A DNA stretch of 64,000 nucleotides from Octopus sinensis (Eukaryota): assembly GCF_006345805.1 (NCBI RefSeq), contig NC_043002.1, positions 116,932,001-116,996,000 of the forward strand. The letters are read 5' to 3'. Both the position numbers and the translations under genes were made by a program. A model generated the notes under the pieces. It saw only the letters and a list, made by a program, of their open reading frames with translations. It made no database searches and was not told where the DNA came from. Below, in pieces: positions 42,870 through 55,655 of the stretch. How positions within the stretch are numbered: position 1 is the stretch's first letter; every line of letters starts with the position of its first letter.

Positions 42870-42958
42870 TTTCATTCTACACGTGTTTCGAAAGGCACAA
42901 ATTACCAAAATCCGATTGAATAATGGGACCATATTGTGTCTTTCTCTTCAGGAAGAAA
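42870..42958 (-). ncRNA. Canonical minimal hammerhead ribozyme in a PLE pLTR remnant (~42655-42990)
   Basis: Minus strand: ttc CTGAAGA gaaagacacaa...ttgtgcctttc GAAAC acgt GTA gaa. Stem II pairs 10 of 11, loop III is the palindrome ACGT, cleavage site is GUA. Confidence 0.8.
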
Positions 42959-42982
42959 AAAGGAAATCCGTTGGAAAAACGG

Positions 42983-43023
<41 letters not shown>

Positions 43024-43971
43024 TATGTATATGTATGTTTCTGCGTCTATGTTTGATAGAATAGATATGATAACTAGATCCTCAAAGTGTGACTAGATAT
43101 ATTTTATACGAAACCCTAGCCTCTTGAGTCACATTGTTACTTTTGGCAAATAAAAATATTAATATCTATCTATTTATCTAGCTAGCTAGCTATTTATCTG
43201 ACTACAGACGTGTAGATATATACGTACATACGTATATGTATAAAGATATACACATGCTCATATATATTTGTATATCTTCATGTACACACACACACACATA
43301 CGCACACACATATGTATATATAACTATTTGTATGCTTTTCATATTCTTATGTATGAATATATACGCTCGCGCGTGCACACACACATGAGTGTGTGTGTGT
43401 GAACGTGTGTGTAAATATATATGCCAATATATATGTGTGGATGTATATGAGGGAGACTCTGGACAGAGAGCCCTTTATTAAGTAGTAGTATTCGTTTTCT
43501 CCTAATCTAGTATGTCAGATTTTTTCTTCGAGCCACATATTTCTTCCATTGCTAGAAAAAGAAACCCGTATACATACACAAATGTATATAGATGTTTATG
43601 TATGTACATGTGTATATATGTATGTATGTATGTATGCATATGTGCATGTGTGTGTATGCGCGCACATTTAAAATTTTTAACCATTAAGAGATGCAGAAGC
43701 AGAATTTATATTTATCCCCCCCCAAAAAAATAAATAAATAAATGTATCATGAAAAGTACTTTATTACTGAAAATATACTTTATGTGTCTGATGCAAACGC
43801 AGAATAATTGATAAGGAGTGTTCGATGAAGAAGTCACCTCTACAACAAATTATAATTGGCCAGTAACAGATCGATCTTTAGAACCTAAATATATTCACCT
43901 ACCAGTAGATTTCTGTATATGTCTGTGTCTGTGTGTCTGCCTTTAAGTGTATATTATCAGTATTTTTTTCG

Positions 43972-44262
43972 GTGAAGGTGTGTGGTTTAGTGGGTACGGT
44001 ATTTCAGGTCACGATTCTAAAGTGAGTTCGATTCCTGGCAGTGTATTGTGTCCTAGAGCAAGACACTTTACTTCACGTTGCTCCAGTCCATTCAGCTGGC
44101 AAAAGTGAGTAGTATTTATATTTCAAAGGGCGATCTTTGTCACATTCTATGTCATGCTGAGTCACCCTGAAACTACGCTCAGAGTACGCTTGCCCGCGGA
44201 GTGCTCAGCCACTTGCACGTTAATTTCGCGCGCACACTGTTTCGTTGATCGGATCAACTGGT
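43972..44262 (+). mobile_element. tRNA-derived SINE
   Basis: gtgtggtttagtgg...gagttcgattcc head, CORE-like gtcctagagcaagacacttta, and the 3' region gtgctcagccacttgcacgttaatttc shared with 9414-9778. Confidence 0.8.
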
Positions 44263-45099
44263 GTGAGTGTCAACATCAGTATTTTTAATTGTGTTTCATT
44301 TTAACCTTAGATTTTTCTGCATATCTGTTGGGAAACTGTGTTCTTGGAATTGGACCTTAGCTTTTTGTTTTCTTCATTGACTTGTTCATGCATGGACGCG
44401 AGGTAAATAAGTCCTGTGGATGCAAATTTTTGTTATGCACTTCTACTTTGTCAATTTGGATTAATTCTATGGAACACGTTCTAACCACACGCGCATGCAC
44501 ATGTAAACAGCAACAAGCACATATACACTCGTACATACTTCCATCTAGAACTATCTTCTTACCCTTTTTCTTAAAGGTCATTTCAGCTACAAAAACTAAA
44601 ATTCGAACAGCCATTATACTGCCTATCATGCACACATACACACACAGATAATATATATATATATTCTTTTCTCTTTCATTCTTTCTTTCTCTTCCCTTTT
44701 TTCCCCTTTATTTCATTCCACTCTTCCTGTTTTCAATTTAACCATACTAATACACTCCCTATTTCTAGATCATTTTAAATACAAACTTTGACTCTGCAAC
44801 ACTGTATATAAATTCCCTACTGGGAATGACCAAGTTTAAAAATCTTCTGGTTCTCACTCCTAAGGGAATATTACATTGCTTATAAACTCTATATGTGGAA
44901 GGACTCATATTAAACTCTGTTGGACTTTTGGATTTTACTCAAAGGATATTGGAATATTGCATATATACCATTATGCCTATAAAACGGATTTACAAATTCA
45001 ATATTCAAACATATCTTACATCTATTTTCTTTCCTCCACCTCACTCTCTATTTTGTATCACATCGAAACTAACTATGACTTAATTTTTCCTCTCACACC

Positions 45100-45150
45100 G
45101 TCTCCGATGAAGGGATATAATTAATAAATATCCTAGAAACAGCTGTAAGT
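45100..45150 (+). ncRNA. Degenerate hammerhead motif in a PLE 3' remnant (~44660-45150)
   Basis: tct CCGATGA agggatat...atatcct a GAAAC agct GTA ag; U4 has changed to C; loop III is the palindrome AGCT. Confidence 0.55.
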
Positions 45151-45299
45151 ATGGCGGTATATGCCACTGGATTTATTTCCAGAATTTCTTTTTGTCGATG
45201 GAGAATGAGAGACAGGAAGCGGAATTCCCGAGTCTGTTTATGCAGAACCACTGCGATCGTTTACACTCTCATGCATTATAGTTGTAGATGCCAGTCCGT

Positions 45300-45455
45300 T
45301 GCAGGTTTACCCATTTTTGCCTACTGAGTGGACTGGACCAACGTGAAATGAAGTGTTTTACTCAAGAGCACAACGCATCACCTGGTCCAGGAATCGAAAT
45401 CACAATCGTACAATCATGAGTCCCACTCCTCTAACCATTAAGCCACGCTTCTCTG
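45300..45455 (-). mobile_element. tRNA-derived SINE fragment
   Basis: Minus strand gcgtggcttaatggttaga...gatttcgattcctggacc...ttgtgctcttgagtaaaacacttca. Confidence 0.7.
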
Positions 45456-45932
45456 CTCCATAATGAACTGTGATAGAATGAAAGAATTCTTCTTACATAA
45501 GCAATTATTTTTTTTTCCTTATTCTTTTTCCCTTGTTTATTCTATTGCTTATATCAAAAGGATTCTTTCATTCTATCTCAGCTCATTAGACGGATAGAAT
45601 GCTACACTGAAATGTATTGTTATAGAAATAAGCGAAACGACAAGAAACAAGATACTTTTTGAAAAGTCGCATGAGGAGACGCATCTGCAACCATAATGCG
45701 TGACAGTTGATTGTACAGCATTTCACCTGTAGGGTACGAGTGCATGATGAGTCGAAACAACCGCAGTAGTTCTCATGAATTCCATTTTCTGTCTCTCATT
45801 TTTACATACACACATGCATGCATACGTACATACACACATACATACATACATACATACATACATACATACATACATACATACATACATACATACATACATA
45901 CAAATATACATACATACATACAAATATACATA

Positions 45933-46575
45933 GGCCATGCCATGTTTCTGCAGAAGACATTACGCATTTGGTTAGCAGCTGTCCTCAAATGTCACAGTAT
46001 TACCTCCCTATACGGTACGATGTTGTTGCTAAAACAATTTACAATGCCATCCGCCAAAAATACTGTCCTGAAATAAACTTAGAAAAGGAATACTGGTGGA
46101 ATATTCCCATCAAAACTTATGTCAAATGTAAACATAACAGACCGGATATTGTTATTTGGGACAGAGAGGCAAAGGCAAGTACTGTCATAGAGATTAGCTG
46201 CCCTGCAGATATAAATATCTCTTTGACAATCAAAGAAAAAGAGGATATCTATGGACAACTGCTTCGAAACCTCCAGCTTCAATATCCAGACTATGAATTC
46301 ATATTCATACCAATAATAATTGGAGCACTAGGTTCTGTTAGTAAATGCTTAAAGGAGAATCTGGATACACTAGGATTTTTAGAAAGAGAAATTGACTGGC
46401 TGATTCGTACATTACAAATGCAATCTGTGAGTGGAACAGTAAAAATATCCAAGACTTTTCTCAAGTTCCAAATGTGAATTTGTGTGTGTTAACTACATCA
46501 CATAGATGGAGCCATGTACCTTTTTTTGGAAACCGGCTTCCTCCTCAGTGGAAGATTTATAATAATTAAAAAAAC
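45933..46575 (+). mobile_element. 3' fragment of an RLE-type non-LTR retrotransposon (R4/Dong/NeSL group)
   Basis: C..SAEDITHLVSSC, RYDVVAK, WWNIPIKT..KCKHNRPDIVIWD, IEISCPAD, KEKEDIYG, IPIIIGALG; open to the stop at 46477 and followed by an A-rich end. Confidence 0.88.
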
Positions 46576-46624
46576 AGAAGACACACACACATACTCACAC
46601 TCACACATACATACATACACAAAT

Positions 46625-46682
<58 letters not shown>

Positions 46683-46779
46683 GCATGTAAATGCAGAATA
46701 AATTTTGACACAAGTATGTGAATAATGATATATATGAGTAGAAAACTGTAAACTATAAAACAGTTGGATATTATCATAG

Positions 46780-47225
46780 GAAATCTGAAGGAGGCAGCAT
46801 TCAAGATTCGTATTCTCGCTTAACCTGGCAGGTAAATAAACCCTTCTATGGAATTACACCCATCACCCAGTAAGTGGGGCAAATATACTGCCACAGCCAT
46901 CCGTAAATCAATACTCTTGGGTAGGAATTAAACATGGCTCGGGTAAAGAGATTTTGAAGGAAAGAAGCAAAAGTATGTAAAAATAAAAAGATATCTACAG
47001 AAATACATGGCTCAACTTAGAAATAGTGTCATCATTCGCTAGTTCAACGTGTGATAAAAGTTTCTTGTCTAAGGCTGGCTTAACTTCACATTTTAGGACT
47101 CATCTTCATATAGGTGTCGCAAGTGAGACAATAATAAATCCACGAGACGAGCTCATGTACCATAATTGTAATAAAACCTGTAATCCCAACGCTAGTTTAA
47201 AACGTTACTTAAATAGCCTTTAATC
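46780..47225 (+). mobile_element. Degenerate RTE-type LINE 3' end with C2H2-like zinc-finger remnants
   Basis: ORF 47026-47223 has FASSTCDKSFLSKAGLTSHFRTH and YHNCNKTC....SLKRY. Ligands are mutated and there is no exon context, which fits a BovB/RTE-like C-terminal finger. Confidence 0.5.
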
Positions 47226-47459
47226 TAACAAGAAGAAACAACACTACCACTTGAGGTGAGAAGTATTCCCAATGTTTGTGCTGTGATTCTTGTATTTCAA
47301 AATATTTCCAATGTTTGTGCTGTGATTGATGTGGTCATGCATCAACATACCACATCTAACAAGAAGTGGTCAAGCTTTGAATAGAAGCAGACTATCGCCC
47401 CATCCCTCTCTCTCTCTCTCTCTCTCTCTCTCAATATACATATGTATCCGTGCGCGCGC

Positions 47460-47625
47460 GCGTGTTGATATGTAGTAAGAAGTTTCCTTCCCAGCCACAT
47501 GTTTCGGGATTCAGCCGCACCGCGTGGAATCTTGGCCATGTGTCTTCTACTATAACATAAGCGCGAGGAAAGAACCTTGTGGGTGGATTTGGTTGACATA
47601 TATGAAAGAAGCCCGCCGTATATAC
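47460..47625 (+). mobile_element. 5' half of a SINE of the 8480-8911 family
   Basis: gtaagaagttt...ccacatg...cttggc...gtgtcttctactata...ccttgtgggtggatttgg...gaaagaagcccg. Confidence 0.7.
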
Positions 47626-47663
47626 ATATATATGTGTGTGTGTGTGTACGTATATATTTATGC

Positions 47664-47710
<47 letters not shown>

Positions 47711-47721
47711 TATATAGAAGG

Positions 47722-47772
47722 AGCTTCTACAGGACTAGAACTGTTTCATTCAAGAGAAATCATCAGGAAGCT
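47722..47772 (-). ncRNA. Hammerhead ribozyme motif in the left arm of an inverted repeat
   Basis: Minus strand: agcttc CTGATGA tttc-tctt-gaat GAAAC ag-ttctagtc-ct GTA gaagct. 6-bp stem I, short stem II (ttc/gaa), 4-bp stem III ACAG/CTGT, GUA site. Confidence 0.7.
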
Positions 47773-47884
47773 TCCTGATGATTTCTAGTCCTGTAGAAGC
47801 TCCTTCTATATAATAAATTAATTTTACTCTGCTATGTATTGAGTACCTTATTTACTGTGGTTAACCCCGACTCAACCCGGGACC

Positions 47885-47924
<40 letters not shown>

Positions 47925-48287
47925 TAATATATGTACATATATATATATACATATATATATGTATATATACACACACATATATATATATTATATGTACATA
48001 TATATATGTATATACTATATGTATATATATTATATATATATATGTGTGTGTATATATATGTATGTATATATATATATGTGTGTGAATGTATAAATATATA
48101 TTAATAATCACATTTATTAATAGGCGTATTACTAAAGAACAGGAGCTACGTAATCACATTCATTGCTTTACAGCTGTTTCTGTTTTAAGTCACAGATCAG
48201 TGACAGCATGGGAAAATGAGAGATAGCACTCGAGCACCTAAACATATTCACATACTCACACGTATGCATATGTACAGTTATATATGC

Positions 48288-48328
<41 letters not shown>

Positions 48329-48338
48329 TATATATTAT

Positions 48339-48415
<77 letters not shown>

Positions 48416-48887
48416 TATGAAGTCACAAGAAGCAATAAATTACACACAAAATTACTGCAGGGTAAAATTTATGTTCATTGCCAATATTAGTTCCATGATG
48501 CAAATTCGTGAATACACACAATAGTCAGAACACGTATCGTAAAGGCAGACTGACTCGTATAAGTGCGCGTTTTTTTATGGAAGCTGATATTGTTATATCA
48601 TCACACAATTGATTATATTTCTGAATATAGTGTTAGTTCATGTACTCATATACTGAATTTACCAATATGTGTATGTGTGTGTGTGTGTGTGTGTGTGTTT
48701 GTATGACGGAGGTTTGTCTTATCCTATGTTAAATGCATCCATACGGCCACATTTTTGATGGACTAAATCTGCGAACATTATTATGAATCACCGAACCCCC
48801 AGAAACAGGTGTTGGACCTATATACCTTTCTTCCACCGCTTTAATTATCTGTCATTTGTACCCTGTGTAAGGTGAACCTATTCATAG

Positions 48888-48980
<93 letters not shown>

Positions 48981-49183
48981 TTACACGTATAAATGCATCA
49001 TCGGAAAGTTTTTACCATTTACTTTCTCTCGTTCTGCATGTATAACATATTTTGTATTTGATGAATTTAATATATTTAATATATTTGATGTCTAATTCGC
49101 TAAATAGATAGATGAATAGATAGTTAGTTACTTAGATATATATATATAGAGAGAGAGAGAGATAGATAGATAGATAGATAGAT

Positions 49184-49273
<90 letters not shown>

Positions 49274-49999
49274 TTAGTTGTGTTTGTGTGTGTGCGTGTG
49301 TGTGTGCATGTGTGTGTGTGTGTGTATGTGCGTGTGTGTTTGTTGATGTCATAAGAAGTTTATAAACATTCAATGAAACGTCAAAGAATTCTATTTAGAA
49401 TCTATCCCGAAGCACAAAACTATAAAGAATAGCATGAAAATATTGGGTTGAAAACCCATTTTGATAGAAAAAGTCTACGGTTTCCCATGGTACTCGAACT
49501 CCCATCTCCTCCAGACGTATGTGTATGTGTGTATATATATATATATGTATATATATATTCGTATATATATATATATCCATATGGTATATATATGCATAAG
49601 TAAATGAAAACAAAAGAAATGTTGCGTTGTTCTTTAAGTATTTATATCTACTTGGCTTGTGCTCGAGAATCAATACCTGCTAAAAAGAGCGAGTACATTT
49701 GGTTTTATAGAAAGATGGCTCACATGTCGGCTGTTGCCACAAGTCAAAGAAGTCATGTGACAGGTAAAAAATGGTTTGAATGAAAATTGAAAATACGATA
49801 TTTGATTTATTGAGTTCGGTTGTATAACTTCATATGCAACTGCGTATACGTATATGCAAGTTTGCATGCAAGCATGTATGCGAACATTGAGCATGCATAC
49901 TCACACACACACACACACAAACACACACACATGCATGCGTATACACATACGCACTTACAAACAAAATATATACACACATGCAGATATAGATACATATAA

Positions 50000-51400
50000 C
50001 ATCAAGATCGACGGAAAGAATTACTACAGATTTCCAAATATTGATAAAAGCTTGGCTGTACAGAAAGCTATAGATGAACAAAATAATCAATGCATAGAAA
50101 CACTGAGACCAGCTGATCAAAAACTGATATCGATAGTTTCGAGACCACAATCATCGCTACGTCGCCTAAATTACTTTTCAGATTTTATTCTTAACTATGA
50201 ATGCCGAAAGGCCCCGCGTTATGTATAACAAAACATGGATTTCTTGAAATATTTCCCATCAACTGTCCTAAATTATACTAATATTAACAAGCTATTATTA
50301 ACTTAGCTAGCATTAATACCGATATACCACACATAAAACGTTACTTAAATAGTATCTGAATGGTAGGTACTTAAACATAAAAACTTGATAAACTTCATCA
50401 TCAAAGCTTTATAACTAATATTGGAAACAATCACATTCAACTTGGATGGAAAAGCATATAGGCAGATTAGAAGTAACAACGGATCAAATAGTTGCACTGT
50501 CTTATATAAATCTTTTAACTGGATACTTTAAAGAGACGGTATTTCATGAAATATACACGATTTTCAACCAAAACTTTAACGAATGTCTGAGAAATTTAAA
50601 CGTCTTTTCCACCAGTAGTATTTTTGTTGAAAGGAAGAGTCACATGATATCTTAACCTCATAAACAATCTCCATGTGTCCATCAGATTCAGTATGGAGTC
50701 GATGAAAAAGATTCTGTATTCTTAGACACTTCGTAAAATTATGCGATATCAGGGAGTATAGAAACAGGCATATTTTGTAAAAAGACCGACCGTTAAATAC
50801 CAATCTTTGCGTCATTTCTTGTCTTTCACCATTTATTAAACGGAACATCCTATATTGCACAGCTGCATACATGTACGTAATAGTGACCAATACATGACTA
50901 CGAACAATAAATGACCGTTTTGAAACTACTAAAATATCCCCGGATATTAATAAAGAGCAGGATTAACAAAGCAAAGTAATTAGGTGCATCGAATTTTAGA
51001 TTATATAAAAGAAACCTCGAGGAAAATGTAAACCTGTTTTTCAACACATTCAATTCCCGTATGACATATTTTTTCTTCCCTCAAAGCTACCTTTCAATTC
51101 ATTACTTTTCTCGCTCAAAATTTAAGGAACAAATCGTTGAAAGCTCAAAAATCAGCCGAAAGCATCAGTAAGGAGCTGAAGAAACACCATACTATGGCAA
51201 CATTCCCGCCAGATTATATGATATGAAAGTTACAAGTCAGTAAATAGAATCAGTGACAATTTCAACTACTTGTAGACTGGCCCTAAAACTGAATAAGTCT
51301 GCTTAAAGAAATACCAACACTATACAGACCAAGTGAAAACATTTCTGATTTGAAAAGCCTCAATAAGCTGAAAGTCTCAACTGATTTAAAGTGCACTATC
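50000..51400 (+). mobile_element. Highly degenerate Penelope-like RT
   Basis: Remnants include L.SIVSRPQSS.RRL..F.DFIL, DFLKYFP, FNLDGKAYRQIR, A.SY.NL..GY, NNLH.SIRFSME, IETGIF.KKTD and KRNI.Y; a decayed HHR-like tail lies at ~51345-51380. Confidence 0.75.
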
Positions 51401-51697
51401 AACCTCTTCATTTTTATCTATTTTTCTTTCTTTATGAAAATTCGAGATTTTATATTCATTTTCACAAACTTAATCAATTTTATTATTTGTTATCCCTATA
51501 TGTGTGTGTGTGTATATAGATGTGTGTATGTATGGGTGTGGATCATACAGTTGTTACAGCACGATATTCATACACACGCACTTTTAATTGTGCATACATT
51601 GACATGCTTACACGCAGTATGAAGATATATGACTATCAAATCTCTTATATGATGTGAAGATTGCAAATCAAGAAATAGAATATTAATGCATTTATGT

Positions 51698-51796
<99 letters not shown>

Positions 51797-52049
51797 GAAG
51801 CAGTGACAATTTCAACTACTTGTAGACTTGCTCTAAAACTGAATAAGTCTGCTTAAAGAAATACCGACACTATACAGACCGTCTAAAAATTTACTCTTTT
51901 AACGGATCAGTGGCAAGCGGCATATGAACCGATAATCTAGCATAACAAAGACCCAAAGCATTTACCCACAAGCGGGAAAATATAAAACGACATTCACTTC
52001 TTTGCATTCCATAGAAATAAACGAGGAAACAATATCTTTGTTTTATCTG

Positions 52050-52860
52050 TCTCTCTTAATCGACCTGATTTATCAAATTTGCCGAAACATCAGAGTTTCC
52101 GTTCTTCTACCTTTAGGTTCGAATTGCTTGATTATATCGTTTTCCCTATCTTGGTGGAGATCTTTAGAGGGTTATCTTCCAATCTTTTGAATACCGATTC
52201 ACAACTGTACTAGTCCACCTGTTGTCTGTCAGTTGTACGATATATCCGTTCCGGGTAAATTTGTGCTTTCGGTATTCTGCAATCGTTTTGTTCACCCCTC
52301 TCTTTTTTCAATTACATCGTTTCGGATATTAATGAGCAACGATATTGCTTGCACGAAACTTTGTATGACTCTATGTATTGTAATTAACCATTCTTATTCA
52401 TTCTTTGTAATATCCCACGTCACACATTCGTAATAAGAGTACGAGTAGGTGTGTGTATTGGAAAGATTAGAACCCAGCGTCTTGTCCAGCTGTGTTTTCA
52501 ACACATATTTAATCCACGCAAACCCTCCCTTTAATCCTCCCTTTACTTGGCGCAATATTTCATCGTTCCTATTTCGGTATATATTTCCTAACTAGGCATA
52601 TTCTTATATTTCCTCAATTGCATCGTATACTACGTTTTTAGAGAGCATCTGTTTTGTTCTCATGTATATTTTGAGACCTTCTAAGGGTCTCTTGTTGTTC
52701 AGTTTTGTCAGAAACGTCTGCAGCTTAATGTTTCTGAGACGAAAAGGTTGTGTATTAGTAGATCGCCGTTGATGAGGCAATCTTTATGGTTAATGTGTTT
52801 AACGACCAATTTCAGACATCCCATATGAGCGATTCTCTCATGTTAACTATCGTAGTATTC
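52050..52860 (-). mobile_element. Degenerate RTE-clade LINE RT fragment
   Basis: Minus-strand remnants resemble LQTFLTKLNN...GLKI, EYA.LG, LL.ECVTW.ITK and HKF...GYIVQLTDNRWTSTVVN.Y.KDWK, with many stops and frameshifts. Confidence 0.7.
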
Positions 52861-53764
52861 TGTGATCTAACACAGCATTCACTTTTAAGAGGGGATATAT
52901 ATTACCTTTTGGTATTAATACGGATTCTGTCGCTAATAATTTTATACAAACACACATACACACACACACACACACACACATCACACACACACACAATAAG
53001 TATATATGTTCGTATTTGTGTATGAATGTTCGTGAACATGTATCAGGTATGCATGTATATATTCTAGTTTATAAGTACTGTTTTAGTCCATAATCAAAAT
53101 GACGGTATCAAAAATTGGGAAGCTTAGTTGAATTATTTATTCGAAATGAATGGTTTTATTTTTCAAATTGATATTTGCCACAGAAATTGTTACAAAAAGG
53201 TTTTGTAAATATGGAACAATATAGAAATAACTTAAGCAGAAAGTACCGATCCGAACACAACTTATGAGTAAGCGTAGCAAATCTTGAAAGAAACTGTATC
53301 TCATTTTTGCAGAGTGAAGAATAATGAGAAAGAAGAAGTTGAAATTTAGTGACCGCTGGTACTGACTGCCGAGAAAATAAAAGATATATAGGAAATTGCA
53401 GAATGTAGTGGTCGAAACATTTTGGAAAAATGTACAAGTTACTCACTGATTGGAAAATAACTTTTGTATACTGGTTCAAAACCGTGAAATAAAGGGAAAT
53501 TGGGTAATTTCGCGTCTGATATTTGTTAAGAAACAAGTGTTTGAAAATAGAACCGAGAAACATATGTGAGTTTCAAAACAAATAAATATATTTATAAAAG
53601 AGTATAAATAAATATATATTTATAAAAGAGTATGAAGAGTAAAAGAGAGTATTTAAAGAACCATCTTAATCGGTATCTAAAGGCGAAAAAGTTATTAGAT
53701 TTTAGTATCCGTCAACAAATTAAAATAATTATGCATTTAAAGGTATGGGGACTAAGTAAAACAG

Positions 53765-53830
53765 TTAATAACGATGATGATGATGATGATGATAATGATG
53801 ATGATGATGATAAGGATGATGATGATGATG

Positions 53831-53894
<64 letters not shown>

Positions 53895-53923
53895 TATTGA
53901 TGATGATAATGATAATAATAATC

Positions 53924-53991
<68 letters not shown>

Positions 53992-53992
53992 T
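53765..53992. repeat. (GAT)n/(AAT)n trinucleotide tract
   Basis: Read directly; it accounts for the poly-D, poly-N, poly-M, poly-I and poly-Y ORFs. Confidence 0.95.
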
Positions 53993-54303
53993 TACCGAGT
54001 AATAATAAAGAGGTAACATGTGAAAGCTTACCTCGTAAATAACTTATATATCTGAGACATAAATTTGTTTTTAGTATTCTTTTCACTCAATGGAAATTTA
54101 AAAGAATTTGATGAGAAAATCATTAGCTGAATTAAAAAGAGAAGGAAATCTCACGGAGATAGTTAATAGATGGGAATGTTGGTAAATTTAAATTAATTTG
54201 AATTACGTTCAAACAATGAAGGACAAAAAATTATAGTTAATGAACATGTTAAATGAACATGTTAAGTTGAAAATTATTATGTTAGGTTATTAAATAAATA
54301 GCT

Positions 54304-54366
<63 letters not shown>

Positions 54367-54468
54367 AATAGAGCAAAATAAAATTAGATGAAGTAAATTA
54401 AGGTGAAAGGAGGCGGTTGATTACATTAAAGGAATAGAATGATCAACTTATGAAAGAAAAAGAAAAAG

Positions 54469-54615
54469 AAATAGATTTATGAGAGAAAATGAAATAGAAT
54501 TATGAGAGAAAATAAAATAGATGTGCGAGAGAAAATGAAATAAATTTACGAGAGAAAACGAAATAAATTTATGAGAGATAATAAAGTTGATTTATGAGAG
54601 AAAATGAAACAGATG
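54469..54615. repeat. Degenerate 23-bp tandem repeat, about 6 copies
   Basis: Unit is approximately aaatagatttatgagagaaaatg. Confidence 0.8.
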
Positions 54616-55602
54616 AAACGAAGTAGGGGAACGCAAAATATACTAACTGAAACAAAGGGATTAAGACTGTCTAAATTCTCAGAGTTAGGAATTTAGGAAT
54701 ATTAGATAAATTGTAGATGTACATTAATACTGAGATGAGACTGAATACCAGACTAAAATAGTTTATAAATCAAGAATAATTGAATGAGGTAAATAGGTAA
54801 TTATTGTAATGTAAATACAAAGGTAAATTAAGTAGATTATAAAGATATTTGGAAATTATGGTATTGTTTTTGTCTTAATAAAAGCTAAGCAGTGTATGTG
54901 GTGCAGTAGTTGTATATAATGAAAATACGTTTTAACTGTAAGAGTTTAAGAGTGTGTCAAAGGAGACATTGCGATAGCGTGATGAATTTATATTATCAAA
55001 ATGAAATTTTAAAAAAGCGGCAATATATTTATCTAATCAAATGTCTTCTCTAATTACAAAGAACCCTTACAAGTCTTTATAAATATCTGTCTTTGAAGAA
55101 AAAAGTTTCCTTTAGGGATGTTTATTAAGCTTGCGAGCGTTAGAGAAGCTGAGCTTTCACATGTACAAGTTGTATGGCTTTTTCTTGCCAGTATAGGAGT
55201 TAGCTCTTGATAAGTTATTTAATATCAACTAATAATTTAAGTGATTGTTTGTACTTTCTAGATACTGCACGGCAATGAGAATTCATTAAATTATTAAGGT
55301 TTTAAAAGGTGGGGGAAAAATTATTTACGTGATTTTAAAAGGAATAGTCCTACGATCGATGAGTGTCATAGGACAAATATTACTTTGTACACTGCAATTG
55401 TTAAAGTATATTATATATTATTCGCTAGAGAGCTGGAGTCTAAGAGTTATGGATTGGATCAATGGAGTAAAAACTAGAGGGAGATTGATTTGCGTTAGCC
55501 GGGTTCAGAGTGGAAAGGAAAGACAAGTAAATCAATGCGAATTGACATGCACCCCTACAATTCCGTTTACAAGGGCACACACAAACGCAAATACACACAT
55601 GC

Positions 55603-55655
<53 letters not shown>

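Noticed and set aside
47026-47223. Host C2H2 zinc-finger gene
   Set aside because: Zinc ligands are mutated, there are no TGEKP linkers, and the context resembles a decayed LINE 3' end.
53150-55500. Possible ancient L1/Tx1-like LINE body (A-rich plus strand)
   Set aside because: The composition is suggestive, but I could not read any diagnostic protein motif.
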